Origin: Verrucomicrobiota bacterium
Lineage (GTDB): Bacteria > Verrucomicrobiota > Verrucomicrobiia > Limisphaerales > Palsa-1400
Reading direction: 5' to 3'
Assembly: GCA_049510745.1 (NCBI GenBank)
Contig: JBEKYR010000008.1
Coordinates: forward strand, 192,001-256,000
Length of the DNA: 64,000 bases
Shown: positions 40,951 to 52,300 of the stretch, piece by piece
Layout of the letters: each line of letters opens with the position of its first letter
Position numbering within the stretch: position 1 is the first letter of the stretch
Made by a program: the position numbers and the translations under genes
The notes under the pieces: model-generated
The model's input: only the letters and a program-made list of their open reading frames with translations
Told to the model about the DNA's origin: nothing
The model's database searches: none

Positions 40951-40954
40951 GCCT

Positions 40955-41776
40955 ATGCTGATCGACTGGTTCACCATCGGCGCGCAAGCGCTCAACTTCC
41001 TCATCCTGGTCTGGCTGATGAAGCGCTTTCTTTACAAGCCGATCCTAAACGCGATCGACGCGCGCGAGAAGCGGATCGCCGCGGAACTCGCGGACGCGGA
41101 CGCGAAAAAGGCCGAGGCGCAAAAGGAGCGCGACGAGTTTCAGCACAAGAACGAGGAGTTCGACCAGCAGCGCGCCGCGCTCTGGAGCAAGGCGGCAGAC
41201 GAGGCGAAAGCCGAACGTCAGCGGCTTCTCGACGAAGCGCGGAAAGCGGCCAACGCCTTGAGTGCCAAGCGGCAGGAAACGCTGGCAAACGACGCCCACA
41301 CCCTGAATCAAGCCATCAGTCGCCGGACCCAGCAGGAAGTCTTTGCCATCACCCGAAAGGCGCTGATGGATCTCGCCACGACGAGTCTGGAAGAACGGCT
41401 GGGCGAGGTGTTCACCCGCCGCTTGCGCACGATGGACGCCAAGTCAAAACAAGGCCTCGCCGAGGCCCTTAAGAGAGCTTCCGACCCCGCGCTCGTGCGC
41501 AGCGCGTTTGACCTGCCTGCGGAGCAGCGCGCGGCGATACAAAATGCGCTCAACGAAACCTTCTCGGCTGAAATCCGCCTCCGGTTCGAGACCGCGCCGG
41601 ACCTGGTCAGCGGGATCGAACTCACCGCCAATGGACAAAAAGTGGCTTGGAGCATCGCCGATTATCTCGCGTCGCTGGAAAAGGGCGTCAGTGAACTTTT
41701 GAAAGAGAAGGACAAATCTGAAGCCAAAGCCGCGCCTAAACCTGAAGAACCCAAGCCCGTTCCAAAAGGCCAATGA
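40955..41776 (+). CDS. atpF: N-ATPase subunit b (b-delta fusion type)
   Basis: IDWFT..AQ..NFLIL, long coiled coil, delta-like C-terminus. Confidence 0.92.
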   Translation: MLIDWFTIGAQALNFLILVWLMKRFLYKPILNAIDAREKRIAAELADADAKKAEAQKERDEFQHKNEEFDQQRAALWSKAADEAKAERQRLLDEARKAANALSAKRQETLANDAHTLNQAISRRTQQEVFAITRKALMDLATTSLEERLGEVFTRRLRTMDAKSKQGLAEALKRASDPALVRSAFDLPAEQRAAIQNALNETFSAEIRLRFETAPDLVSGIELTANGQKVAWSIADYLASLEKGVSELLKEKDKSEAKAAPKPEEPKPVPKGQ

Positions 41777-43404
41777 ACACTGCGCCTGAGAGTTTGCAGA
41801 GTGTCTTTGACCGCGCGTTCGCTGAAATCAGCCAGGTGCGGGGAGCCTTCACGCCGCAACTGACCCCGCGCGAGGTGGGCACGATCACGAACATTTCCAC
41901 CGGCATCGCCAGGGTTTCCGGCCTTCCCGGCGTTGGCTTTGACGAGCTTCTCGAGTTTCCCGGCGGCGTCTTCGGCATTGCGTTCAACGTGGACGAGGAC
42001 GAAATCGGCGTCGTGCTGCTCGGCGAGTTTCAAGATTTGCACGCGGGCGACGAAGTCGAGCGCACGGGCCGGGTCCTGGACGTGGCCGTGGGCGAGGGAT
42101 TGCTGGGCCGCGTCATCGACCCGCTTGGCCGGCCCCTCGATGGGAACGGGCCCGTGACCGCCAGCGAGCGCCTGCCCATCGAACGCCCCGCCGCGCCCAT
42201 CATGGATCGCGCGCCCGTCACCGTGCCGCTCCAGACCGGCCTCAAAGTCATCGATGCGCTCATTCCCATCGGGCGCGGCCAGCGCGAGTTGATTCTGGGT
42301 GACCGGCAGACGGGCAAAACCGCCATTGCGATCGACACCATCCTGAACCAGCGCGGGAAGAATGTGCTCTGCGTCTATTGTGTGATCGGCCAGCGCGCTT
42401 CCGCCGTCGCCAAGGTCGTGGCCAACCTCCGCGAAAAAGGCGCGATGGATTACACCGCGGTCGTTGTCGCCGAAGGCAACGACGCGCCCGGCCTTGCCTA
42501 CATCACGCCCTACGCCGCGACCAGCATCGCGGAGCATTTTATGGAAGCGGGTCGCGATGTGCTGATCGTCTATGACAACCTCACGCAGCACGCCCAAGCC
42601 TATCGCGAGCTTTCCCTCCTGCTCCGCCGGCCACCCGGACGCGAAGCCTTCCCCGGCGACATCTTTTATATTCACTCGCGGCTGCTGGAGCGGGCGACCC
42701 ATCTGCGCGAGGAACGCGGGGGCGGCTCGCTCACGGCCCTGCCCATCATCGAGACCGAAGCGCAGAACATCTCCGCCTACATTCCGACCAACCTGATTTC
42801 CATCACCGACGGGCAGATCTACCTCTCGCCGTCGCTGTTCGAATTGGGCGTGCTGCCCGCCGTCGATGTCGGCAAATCCGTTTCGCGCGTTGGCGGCAAG
42901 GCGCAGCGGGCGGCCTACCGCGCGGTGGCGGGCGACCTCAAGCTCGGCTACGCGCAGTTCGAGGAACTCGAGGCCTTTGCCCGGTTCGGCGCCCGCCTGG
43001 ATGAAGACACCCGCAAGATCATCGAGCATGGAGGGCGCATCCGCGCCTGCCTCCAGCAGCCGGAATTCGCCCCGGTGTCCGTGCCCGCGCAAATCACCGT
43101 CCTGCTGGCCTTGACGGCGGAACTCTTCGATTCGGTGCCAATGGACCAGATGAAAGACGCCGAGCATGCCGTGCAGGAAGCGGCGGCGAACATCCCGGCG
43201 GAGGTGTGCGCACGATTCGAAACCGCCGCAAAACTCAATGACGAGGATCGCAAGGCAATTATCGAAATCGCCCGCAGATCGCTCACCCGTTTTCAACCCA
43301 AACCCGAAGCTAAAGTCGAGACCAAGCCGGAAGCCGAGTCCAAGCCGGAGGCCCAAACGGAGGTCAAACCCAAGCCCAAGGCAGCGCTCAAGGAGAATTC
43401 ATGA
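41773..43404 (+). CDS. atpA: N-ATPase alpha subunit
   Basis: [29 protein letters not shown]. Confidence 0.95.
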   Translation: MNTAPESLQSVFDRAFAEISQVRGAFTPQLTPREVGTITNISTGIARVSGLPGVGFDELLEFPGGVFGIAFNVDEDEIGVVLLGEFQDLHAGDEVERTGRVLDVAVGEGLLGRVIDPLGRPLDGNGPVTASERLPIERPAAPIMDRAPVTVPLQTGLKVIDALIPIGRGQRELILGDRQTGKTAIAIDTILNQRGKNVLCVYCVIGQRASAVAKVVANLREKGAMDYTAVVVAEGNDAPGLAYITPYAATSIAEHFMEAGRDVLIVYDNLTQHAQAYRELSLLLRRPPGREAFPGDIFYIHSRLLERATHLREERGGGSLTALPIIETEAQNISAYIPTNLISITDGQIYLSPSLFELGVLPAVDVGKSVSRVGGKAQRAAYRAVAGDLKLGYAQFEELEAFARFGARLDEDTRKIIEHGGRIRACLQQPEFAPVSVPAQITVLLALTAELFDSVPMDQMKDAEHAVQEAAANIPAEVCARFETAAKLNDEDRKAIIEIARRSLTRFQPKPEAKVETKPEAESKPEAQTEVKPKPKAALKENS

Positions 43405-44297
43405 GCGACACCACGGCCAGCCTGCGGCGCAAGATCAAGAGCGCCGCAGACCTCCAATCCGTCGTCCGCACGATGAAAGCCTTGGCCGCCTCGAGTATCG
43501 GACAATACGAGAAATCGGTGCGCGCGCTGGCCGATTATTATCGGACCGTGGAGCTGGGGTTGGGCGCGTGCTTCCGGGAAAGCGGGCCGGCGGCCTTGAG
43601 GGGAGAACGGAAAGGACAAGCCGATGCGGGTGCAATCGGCGCGGTCGTTTTCGGATCCGACCAGGGACTGGTGGGCCAGTTTAATGACGTGGTGGCCGAT
43701 TATGCGGTCAAGACCCTGGCGGGTCTGCCCGGCAACCCCCAAGTCTGGGCCGTCGGTGAGCGCGTTCATGCGCGCCTGACGGACGCGGGCCTGCCGCCCA
43801 TGGGACTCTTCACCGTGCCGAATTCCGTCAAGGCCATCACCCCGCTCGTCGGGCGGATTCAAATCGAAAGCGAAGCGCATCGGGCCAAAGGCGAGTATGC
43901 GCGTGTTTATGTCTTCCATAACCGCCCGCGGTCCGGGGCACTCTATGAGCCGGTCAGCCAGCGGTTGTTGCCACTCGATGTGCAATGGCAACAAGGTCTG
44001 GCCAAAGTTCGCTGGCCGACCGGGACTTTGCCAGAGATCATGCACGGGGGCACCGCGACTTTGCGCGCACTCATTCGCGAATATCTTTTCATCTCGATCT
44101 TCCGGGCGTGCGCCGAATCCCTCGCGAGCGAGAACGCCAGCCGCCTGGCGGCGATGGAGCGCGCCGATAAAAACATCGACGAATTGCTGGAGAATCTCCA
44201 CGGCACATTCCACCGTTTGCGCCAGAGCGGCATTGACGAGGAACTGTTCGACGTGATCTCCGGCTTCGAGGCGCTGGCCGGACCGCGGCAGCAATAA
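43401..44297 (+). CDS. atpG: N-ATPase gamma subunit
   Basis: [30 protein letters not shown]. Confidence 0.95.
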   Translation: MSDTTASLRRKIKSAADLQSVVRTMKALAASSIGQYEKSVRALADYYRTVELGLGACFRESGPAALRGERKGQADAGAIGAVVFGSDQGLVGQFNDVVADYAVKTLAGLPGNPQVWAVGERVHARLTDAGLPPMGLFTVPNSVKAITPLVGRIQIESEAHRAKGEYARVYVFHNRPRSGALYEPVSQRLLPLDVQWQQGLAKVRWPTGTLPEIMHGGTATLRALIREYLFISIFRACAESLASENASRLAAMERADKNIDELLENLHGTFHRLRQSGIDEELFDVISGFEALAGPRQQ

Positions 44298-44309
44298 TGT
44301 TGAAATGGG

Positions 44310-44693
44310 TCACTCCATCGCGGCCAGCAGTTCATCCAGGGAAACGGTGGCGAAGCTGGTGGCGGAGTCGCTCATGGCGTAGGGGATGATCACTTCGCGT
44401 CCCTGCAGCAGCGCGCCGCAGGTGTACACCACGTTGGGAACATAACCTTCGCGTTCGGCTTCGTTCGGGGAGAGCAACGGCTCGCGCAAACGTCCGATGA
44501 CGCGCGAGGGGTCCTCCAAGTCAAGCAGAAATGCGCCCAGGCAATACTTGCGCATCGCGCCCACGCCGTGGCTTAACACCAGCCAGCCCCGTTCGGATTC
44601 CACCGGCGAACCGCAGTTGCCGATCTTGATGAATTCCCACGGCTGCGCGGGCGGCAGCAACAGCTTGGGCGTCTTCCAGAAATGGATGTTGTC
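44310..44693 (-). pseudogene. C-terminal fragment of a GH130-family glycosidase/phosphorylase, fused in frame to an unrelated upstream ORF starting at 45002
   Basis: PWEFIKIGNCGSP, SHGVGAMR, EREGYVPNVVY; N-terminal portion missing. Confidence 0.8.
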
Positions 44694-44998
44694 GTAGGCG
44701 AGGTCACCAAGGTCAAGCTCTGGCCCCCTGATGGCAAAATCGTCATGCTTCCCCAGAAAGAGCTTTACCGGATAAAGGCCGAGATTCTCCTTTTCGAATT
44801 CGCTGGCATTGAATCCGAAATCTTCAGGCACGTCGCGGCGCTGAAATTGACTCCAGGCAAAGCAAAAATTTTTGCGCACGAGTTGCTTGTGCAGTTTTTC
44901 TTTGTCGCTGCGGGTTTTCTCCTCGCCAAACGCATAGAAATCCAGTCCGCGATCTCGCAGCTTCTCAACCTTCCACGCGAATGTGGCAATCTGGCCTG

Positions 44999-45640
44999 TC
45001 ACTTTCTCATCTTCGGCTTCGGTGGGATGTCTTCCAGGTCATCATAGTAAAACCGGACCTCAACCAGTTGACCGTTTTTCGCCTGGCCGCAGATTTCCTT
45101 TCCAAAGTGCTTCTGTTTTTCTGAAGCAAGATTGCGAACAAAACCGCTGGAACAGACGATGGCATGCATAACTTTTCTCTGTCCGTTGTGCTCACGTTCC
45201 GTGCCATCTGCAAAGTCCATGATCCGCTGTGTCAGGTTCATTGCACTGCTGCAAAAGTTTTGACAACCCGAAGTGCCGAGTGTCGCACGTGCAACGGCTC
45301 CTTCGTGAATCCCAACGCGCAAGAAGAGCTTCAAGATGTGCATATCGATCAGGAGTTTCGTGGCAAATGCCAAGACGGCATCATGCGTCACTCCATTTCC
45401 TGGCCGGATTAAGAGCACCGCTCCGTCGCCAGTTGGAAGCCTCCCAATGAGTTGCCGGATTCCGTGCGCCAGCAGAGCTTGCTCCATAGCCGTGTTCAAT
45501 TTTTCGGCAGCTTGCAGTTGCTCTTCCTGCCCGACCTTCGAATAGCCGATCAAATCCACGAATACGATGATGAATGGTGAGCCTGGGCGAGGTGCTTCCG
45601 ATTCACTTCTGGATCCAAAAGCAGCGGTTGAGTTACTCAT
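44999..45640 (-). CDS. Stand-alone class III nucleotide cyclase-like protein
   Basis: VFVDLIGYS, PTGDG, LRVGIHEG, N-x-x-x-RIMD; AT-richer than flanks. Confidence 0.7.
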   Translation of the reverse strand: MSNSTAAFGSRSESEAPRPGSPFIIVFVDLIGYSKVGQEEQLQAAEKLNTAMEQALLAHGIRQLIGRLPTGDGAVLLIRPGNGVTHDAVLAFATKLLIDMHILKLFLRVGIHEGAVARATLGTSGCQNFCSSAMNLTQRIMDFADGTEREHNGQRKVMHAIVCSSGFVRNLASEKQKHFGKEICGQAKNGQLVEVRFYYDDLEDIPPKPKMRK

Positions 45641-45972
45641 GTGTTGTGTAAAGGAATTGCGCCAAGGAGCCTTTGATGGGGGCGTCGTCAAGCCGCAGGG
45701 GTATGAAGCGGCGCTCTCGGTTCAGCGGGTTGCGAAACCGGAACGTGCCGGCCTCCAACCGCGCCCAGTCCGCGCCGAACGCGCACGCCAGCGTGCCCGA
45801 GGTGATTTGCGCCTCGGTCAGATACGGCGTCAGATAAATGTCCGCCGCGCCGATAAACCGCATCAATTCCTCCAGCTCGACGAAGCGATTGAAGAACACC
45901 ACGTGTTTCTGCACGCCGAGGTCTTTGGCCAGCCTTTCCAGGCTCAAGCGATAAGCCTCGCCCTCGTCACGC
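45633..45972 (-). pseudogene. Chimeric remnant: GT4 glycosyltransferase fragment joined to a TIR-domain fragment
   Basis: ADIYLTPY..EAQITSGTLA (GT4) then AFGADWARLEAGTFRFRNPLNRERRFIPLRLDDAPIKGSLAQFLY (TIR_2-like). Confidence 0.65.
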
Positions 45973-46317
45973 GGCCGCTTTTACCAAGACCCATTTCCAG
46001 TTTTCCAGCAGGGTGAACACCCCAAAGCGCCCGGTTGGTTTCGGTTCCATTCTCAGGTCGTGAACAGCAGACCACTCATCCACAATGGAAGGTGAGACGG
46101 CGCACGAAAACGGTTGGCGGGCCGGCCGAACCCATTCGCGCTTTGAAAAAACCTCCGTTTGAGTCTCAACTCCCTAACGTCGCGCAATTTCGGACAGAGA
46201 ATTGCCAAAAGATGGTGAGCTTTCTCGCGCTCCGATCAGTACTTATCTCATCCACGTGGAACTGTGGTCGCGGGCCGGCCGCAATGCGGGCCGGGCAGTT
46301 GGCGTCGGCTGTTTGGT

Positions 46318-49300
46318 ATGCGTTTCGTAAAGCAAGAACGTTTTGGCTTGTCGCGGGCGCGCCTTTCTCTCGCGGTTGGCACCGCGCAAATGCTCCTGTT
46401 GTGTCATCTCGCCGGAGCCGTCACGTTCAGCGTCACGCCCGCCGCCGTCGGCAACACTTACAACGGCGTCATCACGCTGCAAGTGGGCGGCTTGACCAAC
46501 AACGAAACAGTGGTCGTCCAGAAATTCCTGGACCTCAACACCAATGGCGTCATTGACGCCGGCGATTGGCTCGTGCAGCAGTTTAACCTGACTGACGGGC
46601 AGCCGGGCATGGTGATCGGCGGCATCGTCAACTCCAACGTGCCCGGCGACACCGACACGACGCCGGGACAAATCACCGCGCAGTTGAATTTCCGGAACGG
46701 CGATATGGTCCAGAACTTTGTCGGGCAATATGCGTTCAAGCTGTCCAGTCCGGGCGGGCATTTTGAGCCGATCACGAATTTTTTCAGCGTCACCAACTTC
46801 CCTTACGCGCAAAAGTTCACCGGCAACGTGGTCAGCAACGGCACTGGCACGACGGTGCCCAATGCCCTTGTCCTGTTGCTCGGTTCCGGCAACAAAAAGG
46901 CGCTGGCGGGCGCGGTGGCGGACAATTCCGGCGGCTACACCATTGCGGCGCCGCCGGGGACTTATATGCCGGTGGCATTGAAGAGCGGTTATGTCGCCAA
47001 TTTTTCGACGCCGCCGGTTCTCACCTTGAGCAGCGGCCAGACCAACACCACAAACCTGACGTTGCTGAGCGCCACCGCCAGCATCTCCGGCCAACTGGCC
47101 GATGCCAACAATTCCAGCATCGGACTGCCCGGCATTCTTCTCTCGGCCAGAGCAACCAACGGCCTGATGGGTGTAAGCTTCACGGACGGCAACGGCAATT
47201 TCAGCGTGAGCGTCCAAACCAACCTCGGCCAGTGGGAGGTCGCCCCCAATGAGTCGGGCTTGATTGTCCACGGCTATCTTGAATTGCAGAATAAAGGAAC
47301 CAGTGCCACCGCCGGCCAAACCAATGTCACCCTCGCCCTGCCCCGGGCCACCGCGCTGTTTTACGGCAGTGTGAAGGACAACCTGGGGAATCCCATGCCG
47401 GGGCTTGAGATTTACGCCGACGACAACAATAATGTCTATGAAGGCGACGGCTACACCGATGCGAATGGGAATTACGCCGCCGTCGCGCTGGGCGGCTTGA
47501 ACAACGACCCGTGGAGGACCCAAATCAGCAGTGACACCAGTCCCACCAATTATTTTTTTTCGCAGCCGGACTTTGATTGGAACGACGGCACAAACATCAG
47601 CGCCGGAGAGGCGGTGCTGGCGAACTTCACCGCCGTTCTTGCGACCAATACCATCTCCGGCTCTCTCAAGGATGGCAGCGGCCACCCCCTCGGCGGCATC
47701 GGGGTGGAGGCCAGCGCCACGATCAACGGGGTGTACTACCAACTGGAAGCCGTGGACACCGACACCAATGGCAAGTATTCGCTGAACGTGGCCAACAGCA
47801 CATGGACGGTCGCCGTATTACAGTACGGCTCCAGCGATAGTTTGCCCGCCAACTATTTCTGTCTCTCGCAAACGGTGGTGATTTCCAACAACAATGCCAC
47901 GGTGAATTTGACCGCCCTTTTTGGGACCAATACCATCTCCGGCTCTCTCAAGGATGACAGCGGCAACCCCATCGCCGGGGTCTGGGTGTGGGACAACGCC
48001 TGGATCAACGGCGTGACCTACTACCAGGGTGGCAAGGAGACCGACGCCAATGGCAATTATTCGCTTAACGTGGTCAACAGCACGTGGACGGTTGGTGTCA
48101 ATTCCTGCAGCGATTGCGGTGATGGTTTGCCCGTCAAGTATCTCTGCCCTCCAACTCAAACGGTGGTGATTTCCAACAACAACGGCACGGCAAATTTCAC
48201 CGCCCTTCTTGCGACCAATGACATTACCGGCGTCGTGAAGGACAGCAACGGCAACCCCATCGGCGGCGTGGGCGTCTGGGCCAACGCGACCATCAATGGC
48301 GCGGGTTACTTTCAATATGTGGACGCCGACACCAATGGCAACTATTCGCTGAACGTGGCCAATGGCAGTTGGACGGTCGGCGTCGAATGCAACGGCGGCA
48401 GCGACAGCCTGGACAACATTCTCGGCAGCGGCAATTACCAGTGCCCGAACAATCAGAGTGTGGGCATCACCAACAACAATGGCGTGGCGAATTTCGCGGT
48501 GCCACTTTGCAGCGGCCTCACCATCACAACCACTTCACTGCCCGCCGGCGAGGTCAATGTCTATTACGATCAGTTTCTCCAGGCTTCCAGTTGCAGTTCC
48601 ACTCTCACCTGGTCGCTCCTTGCCGGTTCACTGCCGCCGGGTTTGACCGGGGACCCTTTCTCCGGCGAAATCTATGGCACGGCCACCAGTGCCGGCGCCT
48701 ACGATTTCATCGTCCAGGTCATCGACGGCAACGGCCTGAGAGCCAATCAGGCCTTGTCGCTGACAATCAACGGCGGCGAGTTGCAGGTGACGACGACTTC
48801 ACTGTCCAGCGGCACAACCAACGTGGCCTACACCAGCCGGCAGTTGACGGCCCGCGGCGGTCAGCCGCCGTATCGCTGGTCGCTGGCGTCGGGGATGCTG
48901 CCGCCCGGAATGAGTTTGTCCACCAACGGGGTGATAAGCGGGACACCGACAGTCGCCGGGAATTCCAATTTCGTCGTGCAAGTGACGGACAGCGTATCTG
49001 CCACGGCAACGAAGGCGCTGTCGCTGGTCATCTATCCGTTTTCAACTTCCGTCAGCTTTAATGTTACGCCCCCTGCCGTAAGCAACTTTTACACCGGGAT
49101 TATTACGCTGCAGGTGGGCGGGCTGGTCACCGGCGAGACGGTACTGGTCAAGAAATACCGCGACAACAACGGCAACGGACTGATCGACGCGGGGGATTCG
49201 GAGGTGCAGCAGTTCCAGTTGACAGACGGCCAGGCGAGCGTGTTTTACGATGGAACAACCGCGGTAACGAACTTCAACGTCGCGGGAGACCTGACCCCGG

Positions 49301-52300
49301 CGGATGGCGCGATCACGGCGCAGTTGCCTCTGGCCCTCAGCGGGTCGTCGCAGATGACGGTGGCGCAATACGCGTTCAGGCTGTCCAGCCCCACCGGCCG
49401 GTTCGCGCCGATCACCAACCTCTTCAACGTCACCAACTCCGCCTTTGCGCAGTCGTTCACCGGCAACGTGGTCTGTAGCGGCACCAATGTCCCCCATGCT
49501 CTGGCCTGTTTGTTTATCCCGCCTTTCAGCGCGAACATCACTCTAATCGCCAGCAGTCTGGCTGATGGCGACGGCGGCTACCGCCTCAGCGCCCCGCCCG
49601 GAACCTATCTGCTCTGCGCTTTCAAGAGCGGCTTCGTGGCTGACGCCGGAAACGCCCCGGTGCTGGCGCTGGGCGCCAATGCCACGATCCCCACGAACCT
49701 GAGTCTGCTTCCGGCCACGTGCAGCCTCTCCGGCCGATTCGTGGATGCCGCCAACACCAACGCCGGGCTGCCGTGCGTCCATGTGAAAGGAGGCTCGGCA
49801 AACGGCCTGGTGACGTCCGGTACCGCGGATGGCAATGGAAACTTTGCCCTGCCAGCCACGACCGATTGGTGGGGTGTTTTGGGTGACAGTCAGAGCCTTG
49901 ATTCCCAAGGGTATCTCGGTTTGCAGTCCGCCGCCATCGTCAACGCCAACGCCGGCAGCGTTGCGGGCGTGACCATCGCGTTGGCCAGGGGAACGGCCCT
50001 GGTCTATGGCGCCGTCCAGGATGGGCAGAACCATCCGCTGTCAGGTGTCCGGCTCTCCGGCAGTCAAAATGACGGCGCCAGCCCTTATGTGGGCGACGCC
50101 ACCAGTGACCAGAACGGGAACTACGCGATGGCGGTCAATGATGCCGGAGTTTGGAACGCCGGCATCAGCGGCAACAATCCAGCCTTTCCCAATTACCTGT
50201 GGTCTGCCGGGCTGGGGGATACGACGTTCGCCAACGGGCAGGCGGTGCAGTGCAATTTCACCGCTCTTGTTGCGACCAACTATATCACCGGCTCGGTCCT
50301 GGACAGTTCCAACAATCCCATCACCAACATCCAGGTCTATGGTTCTGCCACCATCGGCAACCAAGACTACAACGCCGCCAGCGCCTTCACCGATGCCAAC
50401 GGCAACTATTCGCTGACCGTGGCCAGCGGCGCCTGGCAGATAACCTTGGATTGCGATGCGCTGGGTTGGCTGGGCTATTGTTGTCCCAACTACCCACCCG
50501 TCATTGTTTCCGGCGGCAACGCCGTGGAGAATTTTGCGCTCGTGCTCAACAGCGAGGTCCAAGTCACCACTACAAACCTGCCTCCCGGCTACGTCGGCTC
50601 TCCTTACGATGTTTTCCTTCAGGCTGCCGGTTGCCAGCCTCCGTTTGCCTGGTCGGTGGTTTCCGGTTCCCTGCCCTCGGGCCTGCAACTGGCCTCCACC
50701 GGAGAGCTTTCCGGCACTCCCAATAACGCCGACGCCTTCAATTTCACGGCGCAGGTCAGCGATGCCAACAACAATACGGCGAACCAGGCTTTGTCGCTCA
50801 TCGTCAATACCAACACGCCGCTGGAAATCACGACGGTCTCGCTGCTCACGGCCACCCAGGCCGTGTTTTACACGGCGACGCTGGGGGCTTCCGGCGGGCA
50901 GAAGCCTTACAGTTGGTCCCTTGCCCCGGGTTCAGGCCCGCTGCCGGCCACCTTGTCTTTGGCGACCAACGGCGTCCTCTCCGGCACTCCGGCCACCAAC
51001 GGGACCTTTTACTTCTACGTGCGCGCGACCGACGCGATCAAGACGACGGCTGACCAACTTCTGACCCTGACGGTCAACGGCCTGACCAACAACCCGTACG
51101 ACTCGAACGTCACTTTTTCCGTCACCCCGTCCGCCGTGAGCAATTCGTACATGGGAGCCATCACGCTTGAGATTGGCGGTTTGGCCAACGGCGAGACAGT
51201 GGTGGTCCAGAAGTATCTTGACGCCAACTCCAACGGGCTGGTGGACGCGGGCGACTGGCTGGTCCAGCAGTTCAGCTTGTCGGATGGCCTGGCGAGCATG
51301 ATTGACGGTGTGACCAACAGCAATATTCCCGGCGACACCGACACGACGCCGGGACAAATCACCGCGAAGTTGAATTTCCGGAACGGCGACTTTATGCAGA
51401 ACATTGTCGGGCAATATGCGTTCAAACTGTCCAGCCCGACGGGGCGTTTTGCGCCGATAACGAACCTTTTCAGCGTCACGAACTTCCCCTACGCGCAAAA
51501 GTTCACCGGCAACGTGGTCAGCAACGGCACGAGCACGACGGTGTCCAACGCCCTTGTGCTTTTGTTCCCGCCTCCCCGTGCGGGAAAGAGCGGGCCAAGC
51601 GGGTCGCCGCTGGCGGGCGCGGTGGCGGACAATTCGGGCAGCTACAGCATTCAAGCGCCTCCGGGGACTTATTCGCTGTGTGCTTTCAAGAGCAATTATC
51701 TCGCCAACTTCTCCACCATGCCGGTTCTCACTTTGGGCAGCGGCGCGACCGTCACCACGAACCTGGCGCTCACGAACGCCACGTCCAGCATCTCCGGCAA
51801 CCTGGTCGATGCCAACAATTCCAGCATCGGACTGCCCGCCATTCTTTTGTCGGCCCAAGCGGCCAACGGCCTGATGGATGTGAGCTTCACGGACACCAAC
51901 GGCAATTTCACCGTGGGTGTCGCATCCGGCCAGTGGGGTCTGCGCGCCGATGACACCAGCCTGATTGTCCACGGCTATCTTGGATTGCAGAATAGAACCT
52001 ACGCCAACGCCGGGCAGACTGGTGTTGCCCTCGCCGTGCCGCAGGCCACGGCGCTGTTTTACGGCAGCGTGAAGGACACTCTGGGAAATCCTTTGACGGG
52101 AATTGACGTTTATGCCAGCGACAACAATGACGGCCTCTATGAAACCGACGGCTACACCGATGCGAACGGGAATTATTGGGCCGCTGTGCTGGGCGGCCTG
52201 GGCAGCGACGATCCATGGCAGGTGGATCTCAGCAGCAACAGTCGTCTTGCCAATTACCTTGTTTCGCCGCCGGGCTTTGATTCAAACGGCGGCACGAACA

